Below are positions 46,398 to 56,870 of a stretch of 64,000 bases of DNA, piece by piece. Numbering within the stretch: the stretch's first letter is position 1; the number at the start of each line of letters is the position of its first letter. Source of the stretch: a virus; the IMG/VR virus record IMGVR_UViG_3300036773_000096, positions 56,180 through 120,179 of that record. One strand, written 5' to 3'. A program made the translations under genes and the position numbers. Below the pieces are notes generated by a model. The model saw nothing but the letters and a program-made list of their open reading frames with translations. It made no database searches and was not told the origin of the DNA.

Positions 46398-46559
46398 CTA
46401 CCAGTTGTGCCAGTACCAGTGGTGCCGGCGCCAGTCGTAATCCCAGCGTCCACCGCGACGGCGCCGCTCTTCCTGCCCGCGTCGCTCGCGCTCACGGTCA
46501 CCATCGTTGTCCTTGCCACCACCTGGGGCGGCTAGCGTGAAAATGCTCGAAACCTGCAT
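46398..46559 (-). CDS. 53-aa Arg/Trp/His-rich peptide (not in the ORF track)
   Basis: GAGGAG RBS; MQVSSIFTLAAPGGGKDNDGDRERERRGQEERRRRGGRWDYDWRRHHWYWHNW; ECF-type promoter at 46601-46626. Confidence 0.6.
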   Translation of the reverse strand: MQVSSIFTLAAPGGGKDNDGDRERERRGQEERRRRGGRWDYDWRRHHWYWHNW

Positions 46560-46653
46560 CGCAACTCCTCGCGTTGATCAGTCGACTGGTACATCGGTAC
46601 ATCGGCATCCGGGGGGGATTTGTTACCGCTGGGTGTTAACTCCCAGGCAACGT

Positions 46654-47319
46654 TCAGGCTGCGGCGGTGAGCAGTTTGGCGTTGCGACTGCCGAGCACGT
46701 AGGCCATGGCGGTGAGCAAGGCCGAGATCAGCAGGGACGCGACGCCGTCCCACAGTGCCGTCCCGGTGACCAGCAAGCCCACGGCGACACCGGTCCCGGC
46801 CAGGAAGCAGCCGATGATGTCGGCGGTGTCCTCAAAGAACAGGGTCAGGACCGCGACGTTGGGGCAGGTCCGCAGGTAGACCCGCCACGGGGTGTCGCCC
46901 CGTTGGGCGTCCAGCGTGCGGTAGGCGGTGCGCCACGACACGGACTCCATGGCGGCCGACCCGGCGAGCACGATCAGGCTGACCCAGCCCAGTGAGTCGG
47001 CGACTTCGGTACCGACCAGGGACCGGATGCCCTCATAGGCGGCCCAGACGGCGCCGGACAGGAACAGGTTCACACAAGCCAGCAGGCCCCAGAAGTAGGA
47101 ACCCTTGCTCCAGGTGCGGGAGTGCCGTGCCCCGGTGAGTAGGAAGACCTCCGAGAGCATGTCTACGGCGGAGTGGGCGGCTTCGGCGAGCATCGACGCG
47201 GACCCGGTGAGGACACCGAGGGTGAGTTTCGCGCCCGCGATGACGGCGTTGATGGCGAACCCCACGAGCAGGGTGGTAACGGATTCGGTGTCGTCCGGGG
47301 TGGCGAGCGCGACGGTCAT
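46654..47319 (-). CDS. cation diffusion facilitator (CDF) transporter, TM domain only
   Basis: GSASMLAEAAHSAVD (TM2 HxxxD), YFWG, EDTAD, WDGVASLLI; ends without the cytoplasmic C-terminal domain. Confidence 0.8.
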   Translation of the reverse strand: MTVALATPDDTESVTTLLVGFAINAVIAGAKLTLGVLTGSASMLAEAAHSAVDMLSEVFLLTGARHSRTWSKGSYFWGLLACVNLFLSGAVWAAYEGIRSLVGTEVADSLGWVSLIVLAGSAAMESVSWRTAYRTLDAQRGDTPWRVYLRTCPNVAVLTLFFEDTADIIGCFLAGTGVAVGLLVTGTALWDGVASLLISALLTAMAYVLGSRNAKLLTAAA

Positions 47320-47679
47320 CGGGGGATTCCTTCGGAGAGTGGTGCGGGGGTTAATGCCGGAACACTTCTTATGTCGCTGCGCAGGATTGATTTGTTACAG
47401 CGAAACGCCCCAGGGTTGGCCGGGATTGGTCAGCCCTGGGGCGTGTGGTGGATCAGATGCGATTTTGTGCGTCGGCCACGGCCCGCCAGTAGGCGGCGAG
47501 GCAGATGTTTTGAGCGCGGAGCTTGCAGCTGGGTGCGGTTGCCATTTCCGAGCCGTACATCGAGATCAGGAACTGAACGGTGGGGGCGGAGAACGCGGTG
47601 ACGCGGTGGCCGAAGGTGCCGTGCTCACCGTTGGGCCGGCGGGGGCCGAAGACCAGCGAGCGGGCCCGGATCGGGGCGT

Positions 47680-47964
47680 TCATCGGGCGACCGTGACGAA
47701 TGGTGTCATGGCCAGCTCAGTGCCGTCGTCGTACTTCATGGCGTCCCAGCGGGGTGCGGCGTTGGCGAGCTTGCGGCGCACAGCCATCAGGGAGCGGTAG
47801 GTGGAATCGATACCGCGTGAACACATTGCCCGCTCAACGGCGGCGAGCGCTTGGACGGGGGAGCCCTCGAAGACGGCGTAGGTGCTGCCGAGGTTCTTGC
47901 AGATCATGGTGGTGTCGAGGGCGGAGATGTTCATGTCGGTGAGCTTGCGGACGCGGGTGATCAT
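47680..47964 (-). CDS. hypothetical protein
   Basis: GAAGGG RBS; promoter at 48014-48036. Confidence 0.55.
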   Translation of the reverse strand: MITRVRKLTDMNISALDTTMICKNLGSTYAVFEGSPVQALAAVERAMCSRGIDSTYRSLMAVRRKLANAAPRWDAMKYDDGTELAMTPFVTVAR

Positions 47965-48084
47965 TTCGGGCGGTTTCCCTTCGGGGCGGTGAGTGTGACA
48001 CTCGGTCTATCGACCGGAACACTCCAGACGTTACCACATTCCCGGGAGAGTCGGTTCACCTTTGGCCGATCCTCTACCCGACGC

Positions 48085-48471
48085 TCACTCGGCGACCTTC
48101 ACGATCTTGCGTAGATGCTCGGGGATCAACTCGCCGGGCGAGCCGAAGTAGGCGCGGGCATCGGCCTCGACATCGGCCAGAGTGTTGTCAACGCCGTACT
48201 CAGCAGCCCACGCGGCGACGTCGACCTCCACTGTGAGCGGGATGCGGATCTTGACGTAGTCGACCTGCACCCAACATTTTTGATCCGCCGTGGCGGGCAC
48301 TCGTACGGTGCCGCCGCTGTCGTGGGCGACGACAACCATGTCGGAGTGAGCGATACCAGTAGCGACGTGCCAGGTTTGGCCATCGTCGAGACTGAAGGGG
48401 TCACCGTCATGAAGTTCTTCGACGGTGCGTTCGACGTAGCGGCGATTGGCTTTGGGCTGAATGCTGGGCAT
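48085..48471 (-). CDS. hypothetical protein
   Basis: 128 aa; preceded by GTTCCGG and a GAAAGAG RBS. Confidence 0.55.
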   Translation of the reverse strand: MPSIQPKANRRYVERTVEELHDGDPFSLDDGQTWHVATGIAHSDMVVVAHDSGGTVRVPATADQKCWVQVDYVKIRIPLTVEVDVAAWAAEYGVDNTLADVEADARAYFGSPGELIPEHLRKIVKVAE

Positions 48472-49087
48472 TGGTCTTGTCTCTTTCAATCGGGCCGGAA
48501 CAGTGGTTTGGGGTGCCCCTGCCGGGCGTAACCGGCAGAGGCATCAATCTGGGAGGTACTGCTACGGGCGCCCGGCGGCGTCGGCGTTGTCGTTCTGGTC
48601 GGCGAGGTAATCGCCGTAGTCGGCGCCCTCGTCGTTTCCCTGGGCGCGCTCATTGTCGGCGGAGGCGCGCCACGCGGCGCCCCACTGGGCGTGTGTAGGT
48701 GATGGCATATCGGTCTCTCTTTCGGTCGGGTCCGGAACGTCGGCGGGGTGCTACAGGATTTTGTTCAGTAGCTCAGTGGAGATGCTGCCGGTGTTGATGA
48801 CGTCGTTGAGTTCGGCTTGGGTCATGCCGGGAATGTCGCTGGGGTCTTTCGCCAGAGCACTGGCGCGCCGGTCGGCGGCGCATGCGGTGAGGTGCCGTTC
48901 GGTCAGCTCAGGCTGGGAATTGCGTCCAAACATTGGTCCTCCTGATTGGCGGGTAGAGTGCCCCCGCCGGCTCTCACCCCGGCGGGGGACTTCTGACGGC
49001 GTGTGTCTTGGCTGCCTCCCTTCTGCCCGCTTCTTAGGCGGGCTACGCGGCGTCCCTTCCGGGCACCGGGTCGCATCGGACAGGGTC

Positions 49088-49597
49088 TTAGAGCCGGCCC
49101 GCGCAGATCGGTCCGATGCCGTTCGCGATCGACTCCGGGTTGGTCAGGGTGCGGTTGCACACCCCACACACCCCGATCTCGCGGCCGTAGGTCTTGCTGG
49201 CCTCCAGGACACCCACTGCGGTGATCTTGGCGAGGATGGCTGCGGCGGCCGAACGGTTCAGGCGTTGCTCGTCGTCGGAGACCTGAAGGAACACCAAGGT
49301 GGCGCGGTTGCCTTTCCACACGCGGTAGAAGGCGTAGTGCCCGGCGTCAGTGGCGACCGCGTAGCGGCCGGTGGGGACTTCGGGCTTGCGTGCGTCGATA
49401 GCTTCGAGCAGGCGCAGCAGGTCGCGGAGCGTGGTCGAAGCAAACCGCTCACTGAACTGCCCATCAGTCCACAGCTGGTTGTATCCGGTGCGAAAGTCGG
49501 CAGTGTTCACGCCCCGCGTGTCGAGCTGGCTCAGGAGACGCTGAATGTCGGCGGCCTGGCGGGCTCCGGTGTTGCGGGTGGCGGTTGCGGTGGTCAC
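49088..49597 (-). CDS. DUF6011-like Zn-finger protein
   Basis: C-terminal YGREIGVCGVCNRTLTNPESIANGIGPIC; GGGAG RBS; overlapping SigA- and ECF-type promoters upstream. Confidence 0.7.
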   Translation of the reverse strand: MTTATATRNTGARQAADIQRLLSQLDTRGVNTADFRTGYNQLWTDGQFSERFASTTLRDLLRLLEAIDARKPEVPTGRYAVATDAGHYAFYRVWKGNRATLVFLQVSDDEQRLNRSAAAAILAKITAVGVLEASKTYGREIGVCGVCNRTLTNPESIANGIGPICAGRL

Positions 49598-49659
49598 GGG
49601 GTGCTCCCTGGCGTTGTGCGGACGTTGTAACCGGAACATCGCCCAGCCTACCAGGTTTG

Positions 49660-50178
49660 TTACAAGTCGCAATGCTCGCATCGAACTCGACGCGGCGCCG
49701 GCAACACATCAGCCCCCGAACGGAACTGCGTACCACCCCGCGACCGCTTAAAGCCATCGGAGTGCGGCCCGTAGCGCACCGTGCGGTTCACCTCATGCCC
49801 GCACTCCAGCACCAGAGTCCAACGCCGCGACCGCCGCGCGGTGTCCGACCCCAACATGCCACCCCGGCCCGAATAGGGGCCAGACGACAGCGTCACCGCC
49901 CGCCACGGCCTACCCGCAGGGCGCGGCACCGCACCCAGTCGATCCACCAACTCTTGGACCTCCTCCGTCATCCACCAGGAGGGCAACAACCGCCACACCC
50001 CCGACGTGTCCCCCTCGGCGAGCACCGCAGCCGATCGGAACGCGCCAGCCTCAGCGAGCAGGGTGTCGCGTTGCTCGCGCAGGGAACGGTTGTCCGTGTC
50101 CTCCGGAATCGACGACGCGTACTCCATCCGGCCATCAGCGATGAGGCGCAACAACCGGGGCAGTCCTGGACTGGTCAT
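49660..50178 (-). CDS. hypothetical protein with LECGH...CEHC
   Basis: Zn-ribbon-like pair; ATGA overlap. Confidence 0.55.
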   Translation of the reverse strand: MTSPGLPRLLRLIADGRMEYASSIPEDTDNRSLREQRDTLLAEAGAFRSAAVLAEGDTSGVWRLLPSWWMTEEVQELVDRLGAVPRPAGRPWRAVTLSSGPYSGRGGMLGSDTARRSRRWTLVLECGHEVNRTVRYGPHSDGFKRSRGGTQFRSGADVLPAPRRVRCEHCDL

Positions 50179-50663
50179 GCGCCCGGCTCCACCCATCGTG
50201 TGCCGCACCCTGGGCACGTCCGCACCCACCGCAGCCCCCCCGGTGCCAGCTCAGCGAACAGGGCCCCGAAATAGCCGCACGCTGAGCACATCTTGATCGG
50301 ATCCAGGATCGGCATGTCCAAGGTGCGGTGCTCGTACTGCGCCTCCAGCACCATCTTCAGATCCTTTGTCCGCAGCCACAGCTCACGGTTCTCCGGCCAC
50401 TGCCGTTGATGCTCGGGCACCCGCAGGTAGTCCTGCTGCACCCGGTCCAGGGCGTCAATCGTCGACTGGATGTCGCGCTTCCATCGCTGATAATCCCGAT
50501 CCGGCACCCAGGAGGTGTCCCAGCGCCACGAGATCACCGTCGCGGCGGTCACGGCCAACGCGGTCGCGGCAGCCTGGATCTCCAGGCCCGCGCAGGACGC
50601 AATCACAGACACCACGCCCACCGCTGCCGCCAAGACGAGCCGTGATCGCGTCAGCGTCGTCAC
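50175..50663 (-). CDS. membrane-anchored protein with a C-terminal Zn ribbon
   Basis: N-terminal TMs; CSAC...CPGC. Confidence 0.55.
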   Translation of the reverse strand: MTTLTRSRLVLAAAVGVVSVIASCAGLEIQAAATALAVTAATVISWRWDTSWVPDRDYQRWKRDIQSTIDALDRVQQDYLRVPEHQRQWPENRELWLRTKDLKMVLEAQYEHRTLDMPILDPIKMCSACGYFGALFAELAPGGLRWVRTCPGCGTRWVEPGA

Positions 50664-50885
50664 AGCGGAGTCCGCATGCGGATCGCCAACTCGTGCAACG
50701 GAACCGGGAACTCCGCGCCGTACTTCACGATGGTCTCGGCGCCGGTCATCTCGAACTCGGCCTCACCGTCGTCGCAGCGTTGCAACACCAGTTCCCGCAA
50801 CTGGTCGCGGGTCGCGTCCGGCGGCGCGTCCAAGGTCACTGTGACCTCATTGAGCTGGCTCACCGTCACCACGTAGCGCATGGCC

Positions 50886-51308
50886 TTAGCCGACCGGTGC
50901 CAGCAGTGCCCCGGCCAGCAGCATCACGGCCGCCGGCTCGGCCAGGTACGGCGCCAGGCTGCTGCCACCGACCTTGCCGACGCCGGCCAGCACCCACCGC
51001 AACTGGGGACTGGGGGCGAGCTTGCGGGCCAGCTGGGGCGTCATCCCGCCGCACGGGCGCGGGCCGGTGTCGGGCTGGCGGGCCAGGCGACGCAGCTCCA
51101 CGGTGCGATCAACCTGCTGGCCGGTCAGCACCGTGTCGCGCTTGATCTGAACAATGTTGCGTCCCCTATCGAGCAGGATCCACACGGCGGCGCGGATCTC
51201 GGCTTCGCTCGGTTCGCAATGGGGGTCCTGCCCCCACATGATCCGGGCGCACACCACCCAGTCGGGATGGGTCTCCCGGTCATTGTCGGTCTTACGTGCA
51301 GCGGTCAT
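50886..51308 (-). CDS. hypothetical protein
   Basis: GAGGGAG RBS. Confidence 0.55.
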   Translation of the reverse strand: MTAARKTDNDRETHPDWVVCARIMWGQDPHCEPSEAEIRAAVWILLDRGRNIVQIKRDTVLTGQQVDRTVELRRLARQPDTGPRPCGGMTPQLARKLAPSPQLRWVLAGVGKVGGSSLAPYLAEPAAVMLLAGALLAPVG

Positions 51309-51765
51309 AGCGTTCTCCCTCAGTTGAGCGGACCGGAACGGGTCAGCGGCGAAACAGTCCAGCGATGGCGAAAAACAGGGCGATCACAGCCCAGGGGGCG
51401 CAGATCGCACCCAGCAGGATCCAGAAGTCCGGGTCGGCGGGGGTCACGGTCGGGCCTGCGCCGCGACGAGTGCCAGGTGCCAGTGGGTGGCTTCCCACTG
51501 GGTTTGTGGGTCACCGTCGCGGGCGGTGGCGACGAACTGGGCGCCCGTGCGGGGCTTGATCGGTCGGGTGCCGTTGTGGGCGTTGCCGTGGGTGCCGCTC
51601 GTGACGCTGATCTGCCGCGTGTCAGCGTCGTCGCGGGCAGCGTCGAGACTGAGCGCACCACCAACCCGCCACCACGCGCCTTCGATGTAGGACCACACGA
51701 GGAACGGATCCGTGCGCGGCCACCCGGTGGGCAGTTTGCGGGGTGCGGCGCTGCCCGGCCCACCT

Positions 51766-52311
51766 CTAGGCATCAGGATCGTCGATCCGGTGGTCGGTAT
51801 CGCCGTGGAAGGGGCAGGCCCGATCGAAGGTGTTGTCGGGACACGTACAGGCGGGACGTCTGGCAGGCACCCCTTCCCGGTCGGCGCTAGTAGTGACCAG
51901 GTGTACGACGGCGGTCACGTCGTAGTGCTCGTCGACGGTGACGTGGTGCGGGTCGTCGTGGGCGGTGCGGGAGCATTGGACGGAGCCGTGCTCGGGGTGG
52001 GGTAGTTCGCTGGGGCAGCGTTCGTCGTTTCCGACGGGCTGGCGGATGCCGATGCACCAGTCGCCGACCTTGAGCTGGCCGTAGAGCTTTTCGCAAGACT
52101 GCCCATGGAGGGCGAGGGCTTCCTGTAGGCGCGCGATGAGGGCGTTGACCTGGGTGCGCCCCTGGGGGGTGCTCGGATCGAAGCTGATCATGGCAGCGTC
52201 GCCCTTGATCTCGATCTCGTCGTGCTCTTCGTCGGCGTACTGGTGGACGTAGACGTGCAGTTCGTCGCCGTTGGACTCTTGGAGGACGTCGCCTACCTGG
52301 ATGCGGGTCAT
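51766..52311 (-). CDS. hypothetical protein with His/Cys clusters
   Basis: CPSELPHPEHGSVQCSRTAHDDPHH and CTC...CPFH; promoter at 52340-52363. Confidence 0.55.
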   Translation of the reverse strand: MTRIQVGDVLQESNGDELHVYVHQYADEEHDEIEIKGDAAMISFDPSTPQGRTQVNALIARLQEALALHGQSCEKLYGQLKVGDWCIGIRQPVGNDERCPSELPHPEHGSVQCSRTAHDDPHHVTVDEHYDVTAVVHLVTTSADREGVPARRPACTCPDNTFDRACPFHGDTDHRIDDPDA

Positions 52312-53249
52312 GGGGTGCTCGTTTCACTCGGGAACAGGACCGGAACAGAGCCCTACCCTACCACCCAAACCGGCTACCGCGTCAATCAGACGCGCCGCGA
52401 AGCCACCGTCACCATGCTGGAGCGGTCCGACAGCCGGTAGAAGTCACACGGCGGCTCGGTGCACACCAAAGCGTCCACCGCTCGCGCCAACACCAGCGAC
52501 CCGTCCACCACCAGGGGTGGATCGGTCGGCGGGGCCAGCATTTTCGTGCACAAATCGAGCGTGCCGACCTTGCCGCACTCGGGACAGGGCAGCACCCGTA
52601 GTTGCGCGTGACCGTTCATAGGGTGCCGACGGTAGCCCTACACCCCAGCATGCGCGCGCCGAATGAGTCACCCCACGCACGCCGATACCAGCCAGATCAA
52701 CCCCAGCAAGGTGGCCACGGCCAGGACGTTGATGTGCATGACAGCCAACAGCTGCGCCACAGTGCCGTCGATCCAGTCAATGAGATCCAACAGAGATCGA
52801 CCAGCGTTGGGGTTCACTGCGGGGTCCACTGGTAGACCCGCGCCCGGCCGTAGCCCAGGCGGGTGTCCTCGAAGGTCTCCGTGCGCGCGTAAATGCCGGT
52901 GCCCGGCGGGTAGCCGGTGCGTTTCGTGCTCTCCTGCGGCAGCGCTTCGTACTGGTCCTGCCACAGCGTGTTGGCATCCCAGTAGCCGCCGCGCAGGACA
53001 ACCAGGCCGCCGTGACGCGCGTTCAGGGCCAGGCGCTCCGCGCGTTCCTTATCGCTCGCGGGCGGCTTCGACGAGTCCGCCATCAGAAGCCCGCTTTGCT
53101 GAGCATGATCCAGGCCGCCACCGCCAGGGCGAGCCCCACGAGGTAGACGAACTCGGGCGTCTCGTTCGTGCTGACCTGACTGATAATGGCCAGCGCCGCC
53201 AGCAGTACGAGGGTGAGTAGCGCGCCGATTCCGGCCAGCAAGGTGATAG

Positions 53250-53996
53250 TCACGAGCCCCCCAGGCCCAGTTCGAGGCGCAACGGTTGCGCATAACGCCA
53301 CAGGGCCCGCTGGACGACAATGGAGCGGGCCACGTCGGGGGCAGCGCGGTGACGGAAGGTGGCCCAGTCGGTGACGTCACCGGGGTACATGCACGCCGGG
53401 GGGCGGCCGGTCTCGATGGTGTCGATGCCGTCGCCGTAGGTCGCGATCGCCCACTTGATCATTTTGTCTTCGCTGTTGTTGCCCAACAGCGCCGTCTGTG
53501 TGATCGAAGTGTCCACGGGACGGTAGTGCGTTGGCTGGCGCGTGCCCTTCACCGGCAGCACCCCAGGGCAGTGCGCCTCCAGGACGCGGTAGTCGAAGCG
53601 CGCCGCGCCGGCCCCCGTGATGTGCACGTACTCATCGGGCAGGCTGTGGGAGATCACGTCGTCGAGGAGGAGTCGTTGAAGCTCCGCGCCGTTGGTGAGA
53701 ACCAGCTCACGCGGGCAGGCGAGCCAGTCATCGAACAGACCCGACTCAACGGCCATGTCCAGGGCTACCTGATCGGTGTCGTTGACCGCGCTGGCCGTCC
53801 ACACGGCCTCTGTGGTGGCTGACCGCGCCTGGGGCAGCATCAGCGTGACACCGGGGGCGGCGAAGGCGCAGTACCGCGACCGCAGTGGGGTGCGTTGGGC
53901 ACCGCTGATGTCGCACATCGCCCAGGCGACCTCAAGGTAGGTGGCGTAGGAGTCGAGACTGGTGCACTCGAAATCGATAGCTAACAGTGCGGTCAT
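53250..53996 (-). CDS. DEDDh 3'-5' exonuclease, oligoribonuclease-like
   Basis: ExoI LAIDFECTSL, ExoII GAARFD, ExoIII HRAAPDV. Confidence 0.75.
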   Translation of the reverse strand: MTALLAIDFECTSLDSYATYLEVAWAMCDISGAQRTPLRSRYCAFAAPGVTLMLPQARSATTEAVWTASAVNDTDQVALDMAVESGLFDDWLACPRELVLTNGAELQRLLLDDVISHSLPDEYVHITGAGAARFDYRVLEAHCPGVLPVKGTRQPTHYRPVDTSITQTALLGNNSEDKMIKWAIATYGDGIDTIETGRPPACMYPGDVTDWATFRHRAAPDVARSIVVQRALWRYAQPLRLELGLGGS

Positions 53997-55715
53997 TCAG
54001 ACTCCCCGTCGCAGTGCGTAGGCCAGCGCGGTGGCGTGCTCGGCGGGGAGCACGATGGCCGGCATGCCCGGATGGCACAGGGTGATCAGCCAGTTGGCGC
54101 CAGCCCGCACGAAGATCATCTGGCAGCGGTCGCCGTTGTCATACGTGGTCTCCACCACGATCCGATCACCGTTCTCGCTGATCGTGACCGGATCGGTCCA
54201 CCGCTGCGGACTACTCACAGTTTCTCCTGCCTATCGAGGTAACGATTGATGTAAGCGAGATCGAAACTGAACGAGGCAATGATCACGCTGGCCGCCGCCC
54301 CTGTGATCCAGTCACCGCCAACGAAGTAAGAGGCGGCCATCGCGGAACCAACCGCCAGGAGAATCGCGTAGACCGGCCGACCCCTACGAGCACAGTTGGC
54401 GCAGTGCAGCCCATTGCGCCACAGCTTGTAGGAGCCCCCGATGTTGAGCCCGGCACACGCCACCATGATCGCCACCTTGATTACCAGGTCGGCGGTCACA
54501 GCGGCACCGCCCGGTGCAGGTAGTAGGTGCGCAGTGCCGCGCACGTGACCATCAGCAGGCACACGAACGCGAACACCACGCCCAGCCACCACCGGTAGTA
54601 GAAGCCGGCCACGAAACCGAGCACGAGCACGCCGCCGGCAGCGAACAGGTCATCGCCGCGATCCCGGCGCATCACCTCCGGCGTGACCGCACCGAAGCGG
54701 GCCAGCCTGTAGAACTGGTGCGCCCAATAGACGAACAGGCCACCGAGCACGATCAGCATCAGGAAAGCGATCACGCCGCATCATCCTTACGGGGGGCGGG
54801 CCGGGTGAACGGAATAGGCGGCGCCACGGGCACGTCAATGCGCGGCATGGGTCGGGTGGCCTCCCAGTAGGCGTTGCCGGCCGTGACGTCTTCCTTCGTG
54901 GGCTCGTCAGGGTTAGGTGCCCACATGATCCGATTCGGCGGGTTCTGGATGTGCCCGATCACGGCCACGACCGCCCAAGCGGCGTAGACGACAGCGACAG
55001 TCCCGCCGGCCCAGTAGAGCAGCCACGGGGGCGCGTCGCCGAGCATGAAGCTGCCCACCCCGCCGGTCTTGGCGTAGATCGAACCGAGCACACCGAGCAC
55101 GACCACGACAGCGAAGATGCCCCAGGCACCACCGCGAGTGTCCTTCACGAGCAACCCACTTCCTGCGCCACCAAGACATCGGGGTGTGGCGCGTATCCCA
55201 GGACCGGCGCCCGGCGGGCGTCGAGGTAGTCGACGAGGCACGCGCACGCGTCAACCTGAGTGCGCACCCGGCCCCTGCCGGTCAGTGCGTCAGGGACACG
55301 GTCGACGGCAGCGCCGTCACGCTCACGACCGGGGCGCCCATCGCCCCGGAACGCATTGGAGGTGGTCTCCCAGTTCCACTGGGATTTCACTTTCACGACC
55401 ACACCCAGGGTGCGGCGGTTGTCGGCGCGACGCACCCAGTAGCCGCCCCCGTCCCTAGCGCACAGGACGAGGTCGCGGCCGCCGGCATCCATGCAGCGGC
55501 TCACTTGAAGACCTCCCCGATGATGATGCCGGCATCGAAGGCGCAGAACAGCACGGCCACCGTGATGAACCCATCGGCGATCGCCGCCCACACTGGGGAC
55601 AGCGCAATGGAGGTGATGACGGTCAGAGCGCCCAGTAGTGACGCGGCCACCACGTAGCGGTGCGCCCGGCGCAGCTCGTGTTCGCGGTTGCGGCGCTGCG
55701 ACTCTGATGGGCCGA

Positions 55716-56045
55716 TCACTGGTCGGCGTCCAGGGTCGCCGTGAGCTGCGCTGCGGCTTGCAGCCAGGCATGGTCAGTGTTGGTGCGACCGCATCCCTCA
55801 TCGGCGGTGGCACGTGACCAGCGCGACGCGAGCTGGCGCAGCTCCAGGCGCAGGCTGCGTTCGCGGACCAGCGCCTCAGACAGCCGGCCTTCGACGTAGG
55901 CGACCTCGCGGCGGTAGTCCTTGAGTAGGCCGCGCTGCGACTCCACCATGTTGATCACTTCGGTCATGTCGTCGACATGATCGGTGAGCATCTTCTGCCA
56001 CTGCGCCGTGGTGGGCAGGCCGGTCAGGTCGGGTGTCTCAGCCAT
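55716..56045 (-). CDS. coiled-coil hypothetical protein
   Basis: Heptad-rich; start trimmed to ATG 56045. Confidence 0.5.
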   Translation of the reverse strand: MAETPDLTGLPTTAQWQKMLTDHVDDMTEVINMVESQRGLLKDYRREVAYVEGRLSEALVRERSLRLELRQLASRWSRATADEGCGRTNTDHAWLQAAAQLTATLDADQ

Positions 56046-56355
56046 GGGCCACCGCCCCGGAGTAGCGCAGCTCTTCGCGGGGGATGAGCAGGGCGCCCAG
56101 GGTGCCGTCTCCGGCGATGCGCTCAGTGGGGACGACGCGAGCGAGGATGTCGTCATCGTCGACGATGGCGTCGAGGTACATGCCGGTGCGCGTGTGACCC
56201 TGACTGGGGTCGATCCAGGAGACTTCGACACCGCAGGTGAAGCGGTCGGCGATGATGGCTCGTAGTCGGGGGGCGCCGTCGTCGTCGGTGCGGTCGAGGT
56301 ATTGGGCGAGGTCTTCGAGCTGGCCCAGGATGGCGGCCATGCGTGGTTCGAGCAT
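56038..56355 (-). CDS. hypothetical protein
   Basis: AGGGAG RBS; promoter at 56378-56399. Confidence 0.55.
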   Translation of the reverse strand: MLEPRMAAILGQLEDLAQYLDRTDDDGAPRLRAIIADRFTCGVEVSWIDPSQGHTRTGMYLDAIVDDDDILARVVPTERIAGDGTLGALLIPREELRYSGAVAHG

Positions 56356-56411
56356 TGGTGTCTCCCTAGCGGTCGGTCGGAACGTGACCGAGCCTACCAC
56401 ACCACTGCCAG

Positions 56412-56870
56412 CTACGAACCCTCCCGCGCGCTCGGGAACCGCACCGTCGGATCCACCAGATGCGGGTTCACCGCCATCGGATCGAAGTACGCAGCCGGCG
56501 GAGCCATGTTGCCGAAATTCACCGTCGGGGCCTGCGGCGTCCCAGCCGAGCCCGGCGACGTCGCAACCGAGCCCGGCGACGTCGGACCCACCGTCGGCTC
56601 GGGAACGTCATCGGCGCCCGCCGCGAACGGTGGCATGCCCAGCCAGTCCACCACCGACGGTCGCGATGCCGCGTAGGACTCCGCCAGCGTGGCGAGCACC
56701 ATCGGCAGCACGGTGACCGCCAGACCCAGGATCAGGCTGGACAACTCCCAACGCCACCCCGCGCCCCAAATCCACTCCAGCACCATCGCTGTGGCCGTAG
56801 TGACCGCCATGAACGCGGTCCACAGCGCGGCCCGGTCCGCCATGCCATTCGTAGCCAAAGGTCCAGTCAT
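56412..56870 (-). CDS. 2-TM membrane protein with a Pro-rich tail
   Basis: Two hydrophobic helices; ATGA overlap. Confidence 0.5.
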   Translation of the reverse strand: MTGPLATNGMADRAALWTAFMAVTTATAMVLEWIWGAGWRWELSSLILGLAVTVLPMVLATLAESYAASRPSVVDWLGMPPFAAGADDVPEPTVGPTSPGSVATSPGSAGTPQAPTVNFGNMAPPAAYFDPMAVNPHLVDPTVRFPSAREGS

